The notes: generated from the letters alone by a model not told the origin. Counted from the stretch's first letter, positions 1 through 10,746 are shown. The stretch is 64,000 bases of DNA from an uncultured delta proteobacterium (GCA_963769935.1 CAVYNY010000010.1:384001-448000); one strand, 5' to 3'. Translations and numbers: made by a program.

Positions 1-1
1 T

Positions 2-775
2 GGTCACGAGCAGGGCGCTTTTACCGGTGCCATTCGATATCGTCGCGGCGCCTTTGAAATGGCCCACGGCGGAACCATATTTTTGGATGAAATCGGGGAG
101 ATGCCGCTGCATTTGCAGGCCACGCTGCTTCGGGTTCTGCAGGACTATGAAGTCAAACCGGTGGGCGGGGAAAACGCCATTGAATTGGATGTGCGGGTCA
201 TTGCAGCTACAAACCGGAACCTGGAAGAACTTGTCGAACTGGGTAATTTCCGGCAGGACCTTTACTACCGTCTAAGCGTCATGAAGCTCACGATTCCGCC
301 TTTGCGGTATCGCAAGGAAGACATTCCTACGATGGTCAGGCGCTTTATGGCATATTTCCGCTACAAAATCGGTCGGGAAGTCAACGGCCTGGCCGATGAA
401 GCGCTGCACGCGCTTTGCAGCTATGACTGGCCCGGAAATGTGCGCGAGCTGATGAATGTCATTGAGCGCGGCATATTGCTTTGCAAAACTGATAAAATTA
501 CCATGGCTGAACTACCGGATGTGTTTCAGGGAAATGTTCGGAATCCGGGCGGTGATATGCCCGGCGTGAATTGGGGCGCTAATAATTGGCTCGACAAAAC
601 GCTGCCGGAACTGCAAAAAGAAATCATGGATCAGGTTGAGCGGGTCTATCTCGAAATGGCCTTAAAGAAAACACGGGGGCGTGTCGACCAAACGGCCAGG
701 ATCGCAGGCATCCATCCCAGGGGCTTGTACAACAAGATGAAACAGTTTGACCTCCGCAAAGAAGATTTCAAATAA
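2..775 (+). CDS. Sigma-54-dependent transcriptional activator (NtrC family), 5'-truncated by the window edge
   Basis: Frame 2 reads [10 protein letters not shown] from base 2. Walker B FLDEIGE, RVIAATN and [10 protein letters not shown] motifs, C-terminal Fis-type HTH. Confidence 0.95.
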   Translation, partial: GHEQGAFTGAIRYRRGAFEMAHGGTIFLDEIGEMPLHLQATLLRVLQDYEVKPVGGENAIELDVRVIAATNRNLEELVELGNFRQDLYYRLSVMKLTIPPLRYRKEDIPTMVRRFMAYFRYKIGREVNGLADEALHALCSYDWPGNVRELMNVIERGILLCKTDKITMAELPDVFQGNVRNPGGDMPGVNWGANNWLDKTLPELQKEIMDQVERVYLEMALKKTRGRVDQTARIAGIHPRGLYNKMKQFDLRKEDFK

Positions 776-798
776 GAGTGAAATTGTGCCCCTCTTAT

Positions 799-1905
799 CT
801 AATCCCCAATAAATCTTTCCAGCTGTAAAAGGGCTTCAGGCAGATTTTTGCGCCCGAAACCGATACGAAAATGATTGCCGCCGTCATCGTACAAAGCCCC
901 CGGCAAAAGAAGCACACCGGCTGATTCTATGAGCCTCTGAGAGAAATGCACCACATCTTCACCCATCAGTCGTGGAAACCCGATAGCGCCGGCCTTTGGC
1001 CGCTGCCATGTAAACCGATCCCTATGTCGGGCAAAAAAAGCGTCCAGCACTGCCAGATTGTCGGCTATAATTCCCATGTTGCGCTCTACCAGTTTTTGCC
1101 GGTGGTGCAATGCCAGCTCGGCCAGAAACTCACTCGGCGCGCTGTTGCAAATTGTCGTGTAATCCTTCAGGGCAGCCATTTTCTTATAGACATCTTTATT
1201 GCGGGTTGCGATCCAGCCGATCCGCAGCCCGGCAAGTCCGTAGGTCTTTGACATTACACCAAGCGACACGCTGTGTTCTCCCAGGTCACAAGCAGCCGGC
1301 AGCCGGTCCTCCTGGCGGTGCTCTGATTCGCGATAGACTTCATCGGAAAAAAGAATAATCCCCCTCTCCCGGCAAATATGAGCTACTTCTAAAAACATGT
1401 CCGCGGCCATTAGATGTCCGGTCGGATTATGCGGGGTATTGATGATGACGGTTTTCGTATTGGGACGAATATGCTGCTGCAGTTCAGCCAAATCAGGCGA
1501 CCAGCCATTTTCTTCACGCGCATTCCAAAGGGTCACCTGACAGCCGATGCTGCGGGCGACTTCGCAAAGCGATTGATAGCAGGGCCAGTGAACAATGACA
1601 TGATCTCCGGCATCAAGCACCGCGTGCATGAAAAGGAAAATCGCCTCCTCGGCACCGGTATGAACCAGCACCTGGTGCGGCTCGATATTTTTGTATAAAG
1701 CACAGATTGCACGCTGCAGGGTGGGGCTGCCCTGGGATTCGGTATAACCGAGCCGGTGTTGAAGAAACTGATCGAGCGCCCCCGGCTCCAACGCCAGTAT
1801 ATCTTGAATTGAAAATGACTCACAATCGGAGGCGCACAATACATATTTCACATTGAATTCATGCCGGGCAAAATACCGTTCAAGTTTAAAATCAGCAATG
1901 TGCAT
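799..1905 (-). CDS. PLP-dependent aminotransferase class I/II
   Basis: NTPHNPTG, SDEVY and MSKTYGLAGLRIGW motifs. Start placed at MHIADFKLERYF. Confidence 0.92.
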   Translation of the reverse strand: MHIADFKLERYFARHEFNVKYVLCASDCESFSIQDILALEPGALDQFLQHRLGYTESQGSPTLQRAICALYKNIEPHQVLVHTGAEEAIFLFMHAVLDAGDHVIVHWPCYQSLCEVARSIGCQVTLWNAREENGWSPDLAELQQHIRPNTKTVIINTPHNPTGHLMAADMFLEVAHICRERGIILFSDEVYRESEHRQEDRLPAACDLGEHSVSLGVMSKTYGLAGLRIGWIATRNKDVYKKMAALKDYTTICNSAPSEFLAELALHHRQKLVERNMGIIADNLAVLDAFFARHRDRFTWQRPKAGAIGFPRLMGEDVVHFSQRLIESAGVLLLPGALYDDGGNHFRIGFGRKNLPEALLQLERFIGD

Positions 1906-1998
1906 GATAATCAAGCTCCCGCCGAAAATTGAATGATGGAGCAAAGCGAATTCCGCTAAAAAATCTCTGCGTTCTCAGCGGTTGGCTGTATTTTTGAA

Positions 1999-2613
1999 TT
2001 AACACCGCAGCGCCAGGCACAGGGCATCCTTTTCAGGGGAGTGAAAGGGCAAAAAAGAAAACAGGGATACAGATCTCCAGGCATTGTGGCCGGATATGGT
2101 GCGATTAAATGCATCGGCATCCTTGAACCCGACGTTATCAGCCACCAAAAGCCCCCCTTTTACGAGCAGCCTCCGGCATTCGGGCAGGACCTTGATATAA
2201 TCCTTTTTTTCGATATCCAGAAAAACAAAGTCGAAATCGCCCTGCAGTCGCGGCAGCATTTCCACGGCGTTTGCCTGGTGGATTTCGATGCGATTCGAGA
2301 CGCCGGCTTTGCGGAAATTCTCTTGTGCGCTGGCGGCCATATCAGCATTATTTTCGAAAGTCAGCACGAGCCCATTGACCGGCTCGCAGGCCCTGGCCAG
2401 ATAAATCGCCGAGTAGCCGGTGGCGGTGCCCAGTTCCAGAATGCTTTTAGCCTTGGTCGCAGCCGCCAATACAAAAAGCAGTTCCCCGGCCACCGGACCG
2501 ACGATTGGAATGTTTTCCTTTTCGGCCTGAGCTTCCAGTTCCATCATTAAAGCGTCCCGCGGCGGGATAAGTGTTCTGAAATAATTTTCAGGGTCATTTA
2601 CGATTTCGGACAT
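1999..2613 (-). CDS. SAM-dependent O-methyltransferase (caffeoyl-CoA OMT/YrrM-like)
   Basis: ILELGTATGYS, FDFVFLD and ADNV motifs. GGAGG precedes the ATG at 2613. Confidence 0.9.
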   Translation of the reverse strand: MSEIVNDPENYFRTLIPPRDALMMELEAQAEKENIPIVGPVAGELLFVLAAATKAKSILELGTATGYSAIYLARACEPVNGLVLTFENNADMAASAQENFRKAGVSNRIEIHQANAVEMLPRLQGDFDFVFLDIEKKDYIKVLPECRRLLVKGGLLVADNVGFKDADAFNRTISGHNAWRSVSLFSFLPFHSPEKDALCLALRC

Positions 2614-2691
2614 TTCTACCTCCGACGCCATATATTTCTGAAAGCGGATTAGTCATTTTGATCCTGCTGAAAGCGAGATTAGTTCCTTTTT

Positions 2692-3423
2692 TTAACCCCG
2701 GCCGACAAAAGGCATGCTTACCGGCAGCACGATCGTTTCCAGCATGTTCACCTCGGGCGGCAGCGCGGCAATCGTCACTGCGACCCGCGCCAGATCATCG
2801 GGAGACATGACCCCTTCCCGGCGGGCAATTTCCTCACGTCCCTGCCAGATGGGTGTCGCGGTATTGCCGGGGTGGATAATACTGACGGCAATTCCGTACT
2901 CACGGGCGTCGAGAGCAAGGGATCGCGTCAGGCCTTCCAGGCCGAACTTTGACGTTGTGTAGGGCGCAGAATTGATACGCGGAACTTTGGCCGAAATGCT
3001 GCCGATGTTGATAATGCGCCCGGAGCGCTGGGTCTTCATTATTTTGAACGCTTCGCGGCTACAGAGAAATGCGCCGGTCAGATTGACGCCGAGCACCCGC
3101 TGCCAGACTTCCAGACTCACCTCCTCGGTCGGGCCCCCCTGCGAGACACCGGCATTGTTAACCAGAATATCAACCCGGCCATATGTATCCACCGTCTGCC
3201 GGAAAAGGTCTTTCACCTCATCTTCGGCGGTCACGTCCGTCTGAATAACGTAAACCTGACCGCCGGCGCTCCGAATTTCATCAGCGGCCACCTCGAGCTT
3301 TTCCCGACTGCGGGAAGCCAGCACCGTCTTGGCCCCCTCGGCTGCAAAGGCCGCCGCGATGCTTTGACCGATGCCGGTGCTCGCTCCTGTAATAACCGCA
3401 ATACGATCCTGCAATTGTCCCAT
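2692..3423 (-). CDS. Short-chain dehydrogenase/reductase (SDR)
   Basis: TGASTGIG, NNAG and YTTSK (YxxxK) motifs. Confidence 0.95.
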   Translation of the reverse strand: MGQLQDRIAVITGASTGIGQSIAAAFAAEGAKTVLASRSREKLEVAADEIRSAGGQVYVIQTDVTAEDEVKDLFRQTVDTYGRVDILVNNAGVSQGGPTEEVSLEVWQRVLGVNLTGAFLCSREAFKIMKTQRSGRIINIGSISAKVPRINSAPYTTSKFGLEGLTRSLALDAREYGIAVSIIHPGNTATPIWQGREEIARREGVMSPDDLARVAVTIAALPPEVNMLETIVLPVSMPFVGRG

Positions 3424-3445
3424 CTATGCATCCTCCAAATTGATG

Positions 3446-3739
3446 TCATTCCTGTTTTAGCATCTCTTCGGCAAGCCGCTTCCACTCTTCCTCGAGTGGT
3501 ATGTCAGGTCTCTTCCTGCCTGCACGTGAGTACCAATAATCGGCATTCCACAATACCCCCTCCTCCCGGTGCAAATAACCGTGGACGGCGCTGCCCTGAA
3601 CTGTTGGTATCTCCTGCGCAATGGAGTGGGCCGTATCCCATTCCCCTTTTTTATCCCACCAGAGCGAAGTCAACGTCTCGGAAAGTTCAGCAGGAGATTC
3701 TTCGTCATCGATACTCTTGATAAACTCATCGAAGGTCAT
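3446..3739 (-). CDS. Conserved hypothetical protein
   Basis: WDTAHSIAQ...VHGYLHREEG...NADYWY pattern typical of a small widespread family. Co-oriented with the SDR gene. Confidence 0.75.
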   Translation of the reverse strand: MTFDEFIKSIDDEESPAELSETLTSLWWDKKGEWDTAHSIAQEIPTVQGSAVHGYLHREEGVLWNADYWYSRAGRKRPDIPLEEEWKRLAEEMLKQE

Positions 3740-3794
3740 TGCAGCTCCCGGCAAACCAAATGATAAACCATGTGGAAGGTGTTATAAAACATTA

Positions 3795-3826
3795 AAATCC
3801 CAAATCTCAAGCACCAAATAACAAAT
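3795..3826. repeat. Degenerate 7-mer tandem repeat
   Basis: AAATCCC AAATCTC AAGCACC AAATAAC AAAT in intergenic DNA. Confidence 0.5.
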
Positions 3827-3865
3827 ATATTTTCTTTTTAACACGATTTTCGTAAAATAGCCGAC

Positions 3866-6010
3866 ATGATCAGAAATGCCGAATCCGGAAAGCCGGAAAA
3901 AATAATCACCACCGCCTGCTCCTACGACTGCGGTGGCCGGTGCCTTTTAAAAGTGCATGTGTCCGGCGGCAGAATCACCCGGATCGCCACCGACGACAGT
4001 CCCGGCCCCGGTCTGAAGGCCTGTATCCGGGGACTGTCTCAAAAAGAAGTTGTGTATTCACCGCAACGGTTGAACCGGCCGCTGAAAAGAATCGGCGTGC
4101 GGGGCAGCGGGCAATTTGAACCGATTGGATGGGATGAGGCTCTTGAAATAGTATGCGCCGAATTAACTCGGGTCAAAGAAAAAAATGGACCCAATTCCAT
4201 TTTCCTCATTGACTATTCGGGTAATGAAGGTGCCCTGCACTGTTCCCGCGGCCTGGCGACCCTCCGATTTTTTAATCTGTTCGGCGGATGCAGCGTCATC
4301 AGCGGCAACACCTCGATGGAGGCGGCCGTTTTTGCATCGCAAACCACTTTGGGTACCACATTTACCGGCAACAGCCGCGGCAACCTGTTTTACTCCCGAT
4401 TGATTATCCTGTGGGGCTGGAATCCGATGATCTCCCGTTTCGGGCCGGATACGGTCTCCCACCTGGCCGCGGCCAAAAAGAGGGGCGCCAAAATCATCTG
4501 CGTGGACCCGCGCTTTAGTCCCTCGGCCAAATCGCTGGCGGATAAATGGCTTGCCGTCAGGCCGGGCACCGATACCGCCATGCTGCTTGCCATGGCCCAC
4601 GTTATGATTGCCGAAGATCTGTATGATCGTAAATTTGTAAAAACCTATACCGAGGGCTTCGAAAAATTCAAAGCGTATGTAACGGGAGAAGAAGACGGTG
4701 TGCCCAAAACACCCCGCTGGGCCGCCGGCATCACGGGGGTACCGGATGATGAAATCACTGCCCTTGCACAGCAATATGCTTTAATGAAGCCGGCAGCCCT
4801 TTATGCGGGATGGGCACCCGGCCGCACCGCCTACGGCGAGCAATTCCACCGGGCGGCGATTACCCTGGCGGCCATGACCGCCAACATTGGCAACAGGGGC
4901 GGCCATGTGGCCGGTGGAACCGGTTATATGGGGCTGGGAGCCGTGGCCCAGCCGTTTTCCGTACCGCGACGGCCCAATCCATCAATCCATATGACCAAGA
5001 TTTACGATGCCCTTCTGGAAGGTAAAGACGGCGGATTTCCGGCTGATATCAAGCTGGTTTATATTGTTGGATGCAATCTTTTAAACCAGTTTCTGAATGT
5101 CAACAAAGGTGTAAAAGCATTGAGGCGCCCGGACTTTATTGTAGTCCACGATCTTTTTATGACGCCCACCGCCCGCTTCGCAGATATTGTTTTGCCGGTT
5201 GCCCATTTTTTTGAAAAAGAAGATATCGGAAAACCATGGCTCGGCGGCCCCTATAACATCTACATGAATCGGATCATAGACCCTTTGCCCGAAACCCGCT
5301 CGGATCTGGCAATATTTTCACAGCTGGCTGAACGTCTGGGGCTAAAAGATTTTAATTTAAAAACAGACGAAGAATATTTAAAGGAAATGACGGCTAACAC
5401 ACCGGAGCTTCCCGCATACAACACATTCAAACAGCAAGGAGTCCACCGAATCGAATTAAAGCACCCCCGGTTTGCCTTCCGCAGACAGATCGAAGATCCG
5501 CAAAATTATCCCTTCCCGACCCCATCGGGGAAAATCGAAATTTACAGCCGCAAGATTGCGGAAATGAACCATGATCGGATTCCTCCTATACCGAAATATT
5601 TTGAGCCATGGGAAGATCCGGGGGATGACAGGCTGGGAAAATATCCGATCCAGCTCGTCAGTCCCCATGCCAAGGGCCGGGTAAACTCCCAGTTTGACAA
5701 CATCCCCCGTTTGAAAGCAAAATGTGACGATGCCGTCTGGATAAATTCCGAAGATGCCCGTCGGCGCGGTATCTCCGACGGCAACCGGGTGATCGTCTTC
5801 AATGACTGCGGCGGCTTGCGCGCGACGGCCAAAGTCACCGACCGGATTATGCCCGGTGTGGCCGGCCTGGAGGCGGGAGCCTGGTACCGGCCGGATGCCG
5901 CGGGAATTGATAACGGTGGCTGCGTCAATGTGCTTACCCAAGATGAAATGTCGCCGGCAGGAGCATTTGCCTGTAACAGCTGTCTGGTGGAGATCGCACC
6001 GGATAAATAA
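3866..6010 (+). CDS. Molybdopterin oxidoreductase, DMSO reductase family catalytic subunit (DmsA-like), no Tat signal
   Basis: CSYDCGGRC...C 4Fe-4S motif, [30 protein letters not shown]-terminal molybdopterin-dinucleotide-binding domain. Confidence 0.93.
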   Translation: MIRNAESGKPEKIITTACSYDCGGRCLLKVHVSGGRITRIATDDSPGPGLKACIRGLSQKEVVYSPQRLNRPLKRIGVRGSGQFEPIGWDEALEIVCAELTRVKEKNGPNSIFLIDYSGNEGALHCSRGLATLRFFNLFGGCSVISGNTSMEAAVFASQTTLGTTFTGNSRGNLFYSRLIILWGWNPMISRFGPDTVSHLAAAKKRGAKIICVDPRFSPSAKSLADKWLAVRPGTDTAMLLAMAHVMIAEDLYDRKFVKTYTEGFEKFKAYVTGEEDGVPKTPRWAAGITGVPDDEITALAQQYALMKPAALYAGWAPGRTAYGEQFHRAAITLAAMTANIGNRGGHVAGGTGYMGLGAVAQPFSVPRRPNPSIHMTKIYDALLEGKDGGFPADIKLVYIVGCNLLNQFLNVNKGVKALRRPDFIVVHDLFMTPTARFADIVLPVAHFFEKEDIGKPWLGGPYNIYMNRIIDPLPETRSDLAIFSQLAERLGLKDFNLKTDEEYLKEMTANTPELPAYNTFKQQGVHRIELKHPRFAFRRQIEDPQNYPFPTPSGKIEIYSRKIAEMNHDRIPPIPKYFEPWEDPGDDRLGKYPIQLVSPHAKGRVNSQFDNIPRLKAKCDDAVWINSEDARRRGISDGNRVIVFNDCGGLRATAKVTDRIMPGVAGLEAGAWYRPDAAGIDNGGCVNVLTQDEMSPAGAFACNSCLVEIAPDK

Positions 6011-6014
6011 CTAC

Positions 6015-6139
6015 AGGATTCTGACATTGCAAATCCGGTTCATATGTCGACAGTCGATTACGCCGCTTTTCAGGACGCGACCGGAGATTTATTGCAGCAG
6101 GTTTTACAAAAAAAAGTTGAACCGGGTGCCCAGAATCCT
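6015..6139. repeat. Intergenic element with imperfect terminal inverted repeats
   Basis: AGGATTCTG..CCGGTTCA at the left is matched by TGAACCGG..CAGAATCCT at the right. Confidence 0.4.
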
Positions 6140-6167
6140 TTTTTAAGAATCTTTTCAAAAAAAACGA

Positions 6168-6656
6168 TTAGGGAGCCCAATCACTGCCCGCGTCCGGTCC
6201 CCATAGAAATGGACTATTGGGCATGACCGCGATTTGATTATCACCCAAAAATTTCACGGTGGTTTGACTGATGGCCGAATAGAGAATTCCGACTTTTTTG
6301 CCATTTGGATCCAAAATGTCGGCGCCGAACTTTTGATATCCGTAATCCTCCCAAACCCACCTGACCATTTCTTTGAATTCTTTAGTATCCGGCGCCGCCT
6401 CATGCCACATTTTAGAATGCAATTCATATTTGGGTTCTATACCGAATATGACATACGGCTCCGTATCGTATCCGTAATAATAATACTTGTATTCCATCGG
6501 CAGGCGGTCGGATTCAAATGCCTCCTGGGTCTGCTGGTCTACCTGGAGACTCCCGTATCTTCCGCCGCAGCTGATCAGCAACGCCACAATGACCGTTGCC
6601 AGACTGATCAGCAATGATTTCTCAATCAGATTATTTTTATTAATTGCAATTGCCAT
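6168..6656 (-). CDS. Hypothetical lipoprotein
   Basis: Hydrophobic N-terminus ending in lipobox-like LLISC. GGAGG upstream. Confidence 0.7.
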   Translation of the reverse strand: MAIAINKNNLIEKSLLISLATVIVALLISCGGRYGSLQVDQQTQEAFESDRLPMEYKYYYYGYDTEPYVIFGIEPKYELHSKMWHEAAPDTKEFKEMVRWVWEDYGYQKFGADILDPNGKKVGILYSAISQTTVKFLGDNQIAVMPNSPFLWGPDAGSDWAP

Positions 6657-6763
6657 AATCCCTCCCTGTAGGCAATATGAAACAAACTACTTAAAATTGG
6701 TGAACCTTTTTTCACATTAATCATTGCAAGCCGTTAGCTGCAAGTGTATGAAATAAACAGTTG

Positions 6764-7267
6764 CTAATATTTTTTCATAAGTTCCAAAATAACCTGATTC
6801 GAAAATCCTCTTGAATAAAGAAATCGGTAAATTTTGTCGTTCCTTTTTAGGCGGTCATTTTCCCGACCAAATCTCTTGATATTTTTAATCAGAACCCGCT
6901 CGGCATTTTCCCGTTCAACGACATCAGTGACCTTTTCCAGAAAAATATCTGCAATGCGCTTGCCTGTTAATCCTTTCCTGTTCAATTCATGCTGAATGCG
7001 CTTTGCACCGCAACCTTTTCTGAGCAGCTGACCAATGAACACCTGCGCCGTACGCTCATCATTAAGATAATCCAAACGCTCAAACTCCAGGAAAACTTTT
7101 TCAATAATATCGTCTTCAAAATCCCGCTGTTTTAATTTTTGGCCAAGCTCATATTTTGAATGGTCCCTTCTCGTCAATAACCGCAGGGCTGTATTAAAAG
7201 CCTTCTTGTAGTTGCCCTTTGAAATTCGGGACGTATCGTTGGTTTCCGATTGGTGGTCGCGGATCAA
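6764..7267 (-). CDS. recX: Regulatory protein RecX
   Basis: ALRLLTRRDHSKYELGQKL, YLNDER, GAKRIQHELNRKGL, RFLYSRGF. Likely TTG start after GAAGGA. Confidence 0.88.
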   Translation of the reverse strand: MIRDHQSETNDTSRISKGNYKKAFNTALRLLTRRDHSKYELGQKLKQRDFEDDIIEKVFLEFERLDYLNDERTAQVFIGQLLRKGCGAKRIQHELNRKGLTGKRIADIFLEKVTDVVERENAERVLIKNIKRFGRENDRLKRNDKIYRFLYSRGFSNQVILELMKKY

Positions 7268-7278
7268 TGGATTTCCTT

Positions 7279-7470
7279 CTAATTGCGTTGGGGGTCGTAG
7301 CCGCAATTTACAACTCTGGTCATATTATCCTGATCCAGCGGATCTTCAAACAGGACGGTACGTGTGATTTGCAGGCAACGCTGAAGTGATGCCTTAAAGC
7401 AATACGGAGAGAAGTGAGCGGTACCCACCAGATAGGATCTTTTGCGGTTTTTTTCCACCTGCCAGATCAT
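7279..7470 (-). pseudogene. N-terminal fragment of a TraB/GumN-family protein
   Basis: MIWQVEKNRKRSYLVGTAHF...VLFE matches the TraB/GumN N-terminal motif, then stops after ~63 aa. Confidence 0.55.
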
Positions 7471-7667
7471 TAACTGAGCGTTTCCAGGTTCAGGGTTCGG
7501 CGTTGCCGCCGGCCTGCGGAGCGGCCGGTTTGGCCAAAAAGTAACAGAAAAAAGCACGGCGGTAAAGAGATAAACGCAGATAGAGACGAGACCGGCCTGA
7601 TCAATTTATCTTCTTTGAGCAGGTACGGTGCTGATAAGATAGGAGGATGGATGTCCGCAATCAAATT

Positions 7668-8147
7668 TCAAAACGTCGGTCGATGAAGTCCCTGCCAAAT
7701 GCCGGTATTGCAGCTATGCCCTGCATACTTAGGCGCCCTGTGCGGGTGAAGTAGTTTGTTAAGCCCCTGGAGTAGCTTAAACCTCCCGCGGCCTTCAGTG
7801 TAATTTCGAATGAAATATTTTAATTGTGACTTTTGCCGGGGCATCAGCTTACCGAATTTCAGGCTGAAGCGCCGGCCATCGAGAAGATTAACGGGGCGTG
7901 TGGGAAATGCTTTAAAGTTTGAGATCAATTCAAAGGGAAGATTTTCCATATAAAAGCTGCAATCAGCCACCATGATTTCCAGCCTGGATGATTCGTTCAT
8001 CCGCAGGGCATCCTCATCGACATATACGCCGAGCCCACCCATAGCGATATCTAAAATCGGAACCAGTTTAACCGGTTGGTCATTTATCACTGCAAATGCA
8101 TTGTCTTTGACTCTGTAACGCGGCTGTTTTCTCCGTTCAACTGGCAT
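7668..8147 (-). CDS. PilZ-domain protein
   Basis: ERRKQPR (RxxxR) and DIAMGG (DxSxGG-like) c-di-GMP-binding motifs. Confidence 0.8.
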   Translation of the reverse strand: MPVERRKQPRYRVKDNAFAVINDQPVKLVPILDIAMGGLGVYVDEDALRMNESSRLEIMVADCSFYMENLPFELISNFKAFPTRPVNLLDGRRFSLKFGKLMPRQKSQLKYFIRNYTEGRGRFKLLQGLNKLLHPHRAPKYAGHSCNTGIWQGLHRPTF

Positions 8148-8371
8148 ATGATCGTCGCCTCCCACATTAAACCGCTTGCATCCGGCGATAATGCGAAAAT
8201 GAGCCAGAAGTTTCGGTTTCCGCTGCCCGCACCGTCCGAGAGTAGATTATAGATTGCGACCTGGAATCAACCGGTGATTGAAAATTAACCTTGGTTTGCC
8301 GGACATCTTTTATAGTCTGATAATTAATACCACAATGTATATTGTCAATAAGGCGGATGCTAAAAAAATGC

Positions 8372-8398
8372 TAAAGTTTAGAGGCAATTGACCGATAA
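8372..8398 (+). promoter_or_regulatory. Sigma-28 (FliA) promoter of flgM
   Basis: TAAA-N15-ACCGATAA versus consensus TAAA-N15-GCCGATAA, ~80 nt upstream of flgM. Confidence 0.75.
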
Positions 8399-8478
8399 TA
8401 ATGTTGCAACCCAATTTGACACGGATTTGATACTGAGTTAAGCTTATTAACAGAGTTACGGACGAAGGAGAAGTGACA

Positions 8479-8787
8479 ATGGAAATAGAAAAAAGCCAGG
8501 GCATTCAAATCGATGCTTATGTGAACCAGGTTCATGATAAAAATAAAGTCGACCCCTCCCCTAGCAAACTTGACAAAGCGCCGGCAAAAACCGATACGGT
8601 GGTAATTTCCGATGCCGCCAAACGAATCCAGGAAATCAGGAATCAACTGGACGAGATTCCCGACGTGCGCGAGGAGAAAGTCGCCCAGCTCAAGAATCAA
8701 ATCGAGAACGGAACGTACCAGATAAACCCGGATAAAATTGCGGAAAAGATTATCAAGGAGGGCCTTATCAACGAGGGGATAAAGTAA
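8479..8787 (+). CDS. flgM: Anti-sigma-28 factor FlgM
   Basis: DTVVISD and PDVREEKVAQLKNQIENGTYQINPDKIAEKI motifs. Confidence 0.93.
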   Translation: MEIEKSQGIQIDAYVNQVHDKNKVDPSPSKLDKAPAKTDTVVISDAAKRIQEIRNQLDEIPDVREEKVAQLKNQIENGTYQINPDKIAEKIIKEGLINEGIK

Positions 8788-8865
8788 CCCGCTCGTTGCG
8801 CCTGTCTATCCCATTGGAACGGATTCAATCCAAAGTAACATCACATCGTACTCTGCCTGAAACGC

Positions 8866-8895
8866 AAAATCCCGGGATTTTCCCGGGATTTTTTT
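8866..8895. terminator. Bidirectional intrinsic terminator between flgM and sppA
   Basis: AAAATCCCGGGA-TTT-TCCCGGGATTTT hairpin flanked by A and T tracts. Confidence 0.75.
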
Positions 8896-8901
8896 GTTTT
8901 G

Positions 8902-10746
8902 TCAACGCAAATCACAGATCGGGCAGTAAGCATAAACGCCCTTCGGATCGCTTAATTCCGTAAGTTGTTTCAACTCGGTGGTGAAATTTTCATAATAGCC
9001 GATCAGCGGGTGCACTGCCGGCAACCAGCGGAGATTAAAAACTCCCGTCAGAAATTGATTCAACCGGTTGATCATTTTTTCCCTGGCGCTCAACGGCTGT
9101 TCGACATAGACGACATCGTAATCCGTCAACCCGGCCTTGTTCGCTGCCGACCGGACAGCATCCTGCAGGTTGCCGATAGCATCCACCAGTCCCAACTTCA
9201 TGGCCGTTTTTCCGGCCCATACACGACCCTCGGCAACTTTTTCGACTTCCAGCTGCGTCAATCTTCGCCCGTCCGATACCAACTCGATAAACCGTTGGTA
9301 ACTGTATTGAATGCTTTGCTCCATCGAATTCGCCAGGATCGGGTTCATCGGGCGAGCGGCATCAAAAGCATCGGCCAGACGGGTGGTCCCCACGCCGTCG
9401 TTATGAATGCCTAACGAATCCAGACTTTTTTCGAATGTTGGAAATGCGCTGTATATCCCAATGGATCCTGTAATTGTCGTCGCCGTCGCCCAAATTTCAT
9501 CAGCCGCCGAGGCAATCCAGTATCCGCCCGAGGCAGCTACCGAGCCCATGGAAACGATCACCGGTTTGCCTTTTTGCCGGGTGCGCTCCAATTCCCGGCG
9601 AATAATATCCGAGGCTAGGGCGCTGCCCCCCGGGCTGTCGATTCGAAGCACCACAGCTTTGATATCTTCATCTTCCAGGGCCTGCCGAATCAGCTCCGTC
9701 AGAGTGTCACTGCCGATTCTGCCCGTCGGCTGGGTGCCGTCTAAGATAATTCCCTCGGCCACGATAACCCCGACCTGTGATTTATTTTTCCGGACAGGTG
9801 AAAGTTTGGGCTGAATAGCGGCCAGGTAGTCATCAAACTGAATCTGGTTAAAGCTTTTACCCTTTTCGTTTTCACCAACTAATTGGATCAGATCATCCCG
9901 AAACTCATCTCTGGTTTTCAGGGAATCCACTAAACCGAAATCCAGCGCAAGTCGCGCCGTATCCCCGCCGGCGCGGGTCAGAAGTTCCGATCTATTGTTG
10001 GCATATTCGTCGATACTTTCCGGCGTTAAACCTCGCAACTGCGCAACATTTATTTTATAGGCGTCCCACAAAACATTCAACCACGCCGAATTCGCCTCTT
10101 TAGCCGGCCCGGACATGTTGTCGCGTAAAAACGGCTCCAAGGCCGTCTTGTAGGTGCCGACTTTGAACACGTGAAACTGAATCAGCAATTTTTCAAGCGC
10201 GCTTTTGAAATAATTGCGATACACGCCAAATCCGGTAATCAATACATCGCCCATGGGATCCAAATTGATCTCATCGGCACAGGCGGCCAGATAATACCGG
10301 TACTGATCGTAAAAATCACCGGAAGTATATATTTTTTTACCGCCGGCCTGAAACCGTTGCAACGCTTCACCGATGTCGTGCAGCTTGCTGATTCCGGCCC
10401 GGCCCAAATCGTTCAAATCCAGCACCAGCGCTTGAATGCGTTGGTCGGCTGCGGCATAATCAATGACATCGATAACATCTTTAAGGCGAGTTTCCTCTCG
10501 GGCCGCTTCGCCGAACAGCCGGTTGGAAAGCACGGTTTCGGTTTTTTGTTCAACGATATCACCCCGCAACGCTAAAATCAGAGCGGCCCGGTCCGGAAAA
10601 CCCTTTTCCGCACTGTAAAAAAAGATCGAAATCAGAAAGATGATCAGGGCCAGGAATATTAAATTTCCTGCAACTACACGACAGACGGAAAGTCCGCGCC
10701 AAAAACCGCTGATCAGATAGCGGATAGCCTTAAATATTGTTTTCAT
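8902..10746 (-). CDS. sppA: Signal peptide peptidase SppA (protease IV, 67K type)
   Basis: KVGTYKTA, RIDSPGGS, AASGGYWIA, TGSIG, GRVWAG motifs. N-terminal TM segment. Confidence 0.95.
   Translation of the reverse strand: MKTIFKAIRYLISGFWRGLSVCRVVAGNLIFLALIIFLISIFFYSAEKGFPDRAALILALRGDIVEQKTETVLSNRLFGEAAREETRLKDVIDVIDYAAADQRIQALVLDLNDLGRAGISKLHDIGEALQRFQAGGKKIYTSGDFYDQYRYYLAACADEINLDPMGDVLITGFGVYRNYFKSALEKLLIQFHVFKVGTYKTALEPFLRDNMSGPAKEANSAWLNVLWDAYKINVAQLRGLTPESIDEYANNRSELLTRAGGDTARLALDFGLVDSLKTRDEFRDDLIQLVGENEKGKSFNQIQFDDYLAAIQPKLSPVRKNKSQVGVIVAEGIILDGTQPTGRIGSDTLTELIRQALEDEDIKAVVLRIDSPGGSALASDIIRRELERTRQKGKPVIVSMGSVAASGGYWIASAADEIWATATTITGSIGIYSAFPTFEKSLDSLGIHNDGVGTTRLADAFDAARPMNPILANSMEQSIQYSYQRFIELVSDGRRLTQLEVEKVAEGRVWAGKTAMKLGLVDAIGNLQDAVRSAANKAGLTDYDVVYVEQPLSAREKMINRLNQFLTGVFNLRWLPAVHPLIGYYENFTTELKQLTELSDPKGVYAYCPICDLR

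Noticed and set aside
8225..8305. Possible second c-di-GMP-I riboswitch upstream of the PilZ gene (minus strand GGCAAACC...GGTCGCAA, GTCCG/CGGAC)
   Set aside because: No GNRA-capped P2, no P3 stem and no terminal GGTTGCC-like segment.
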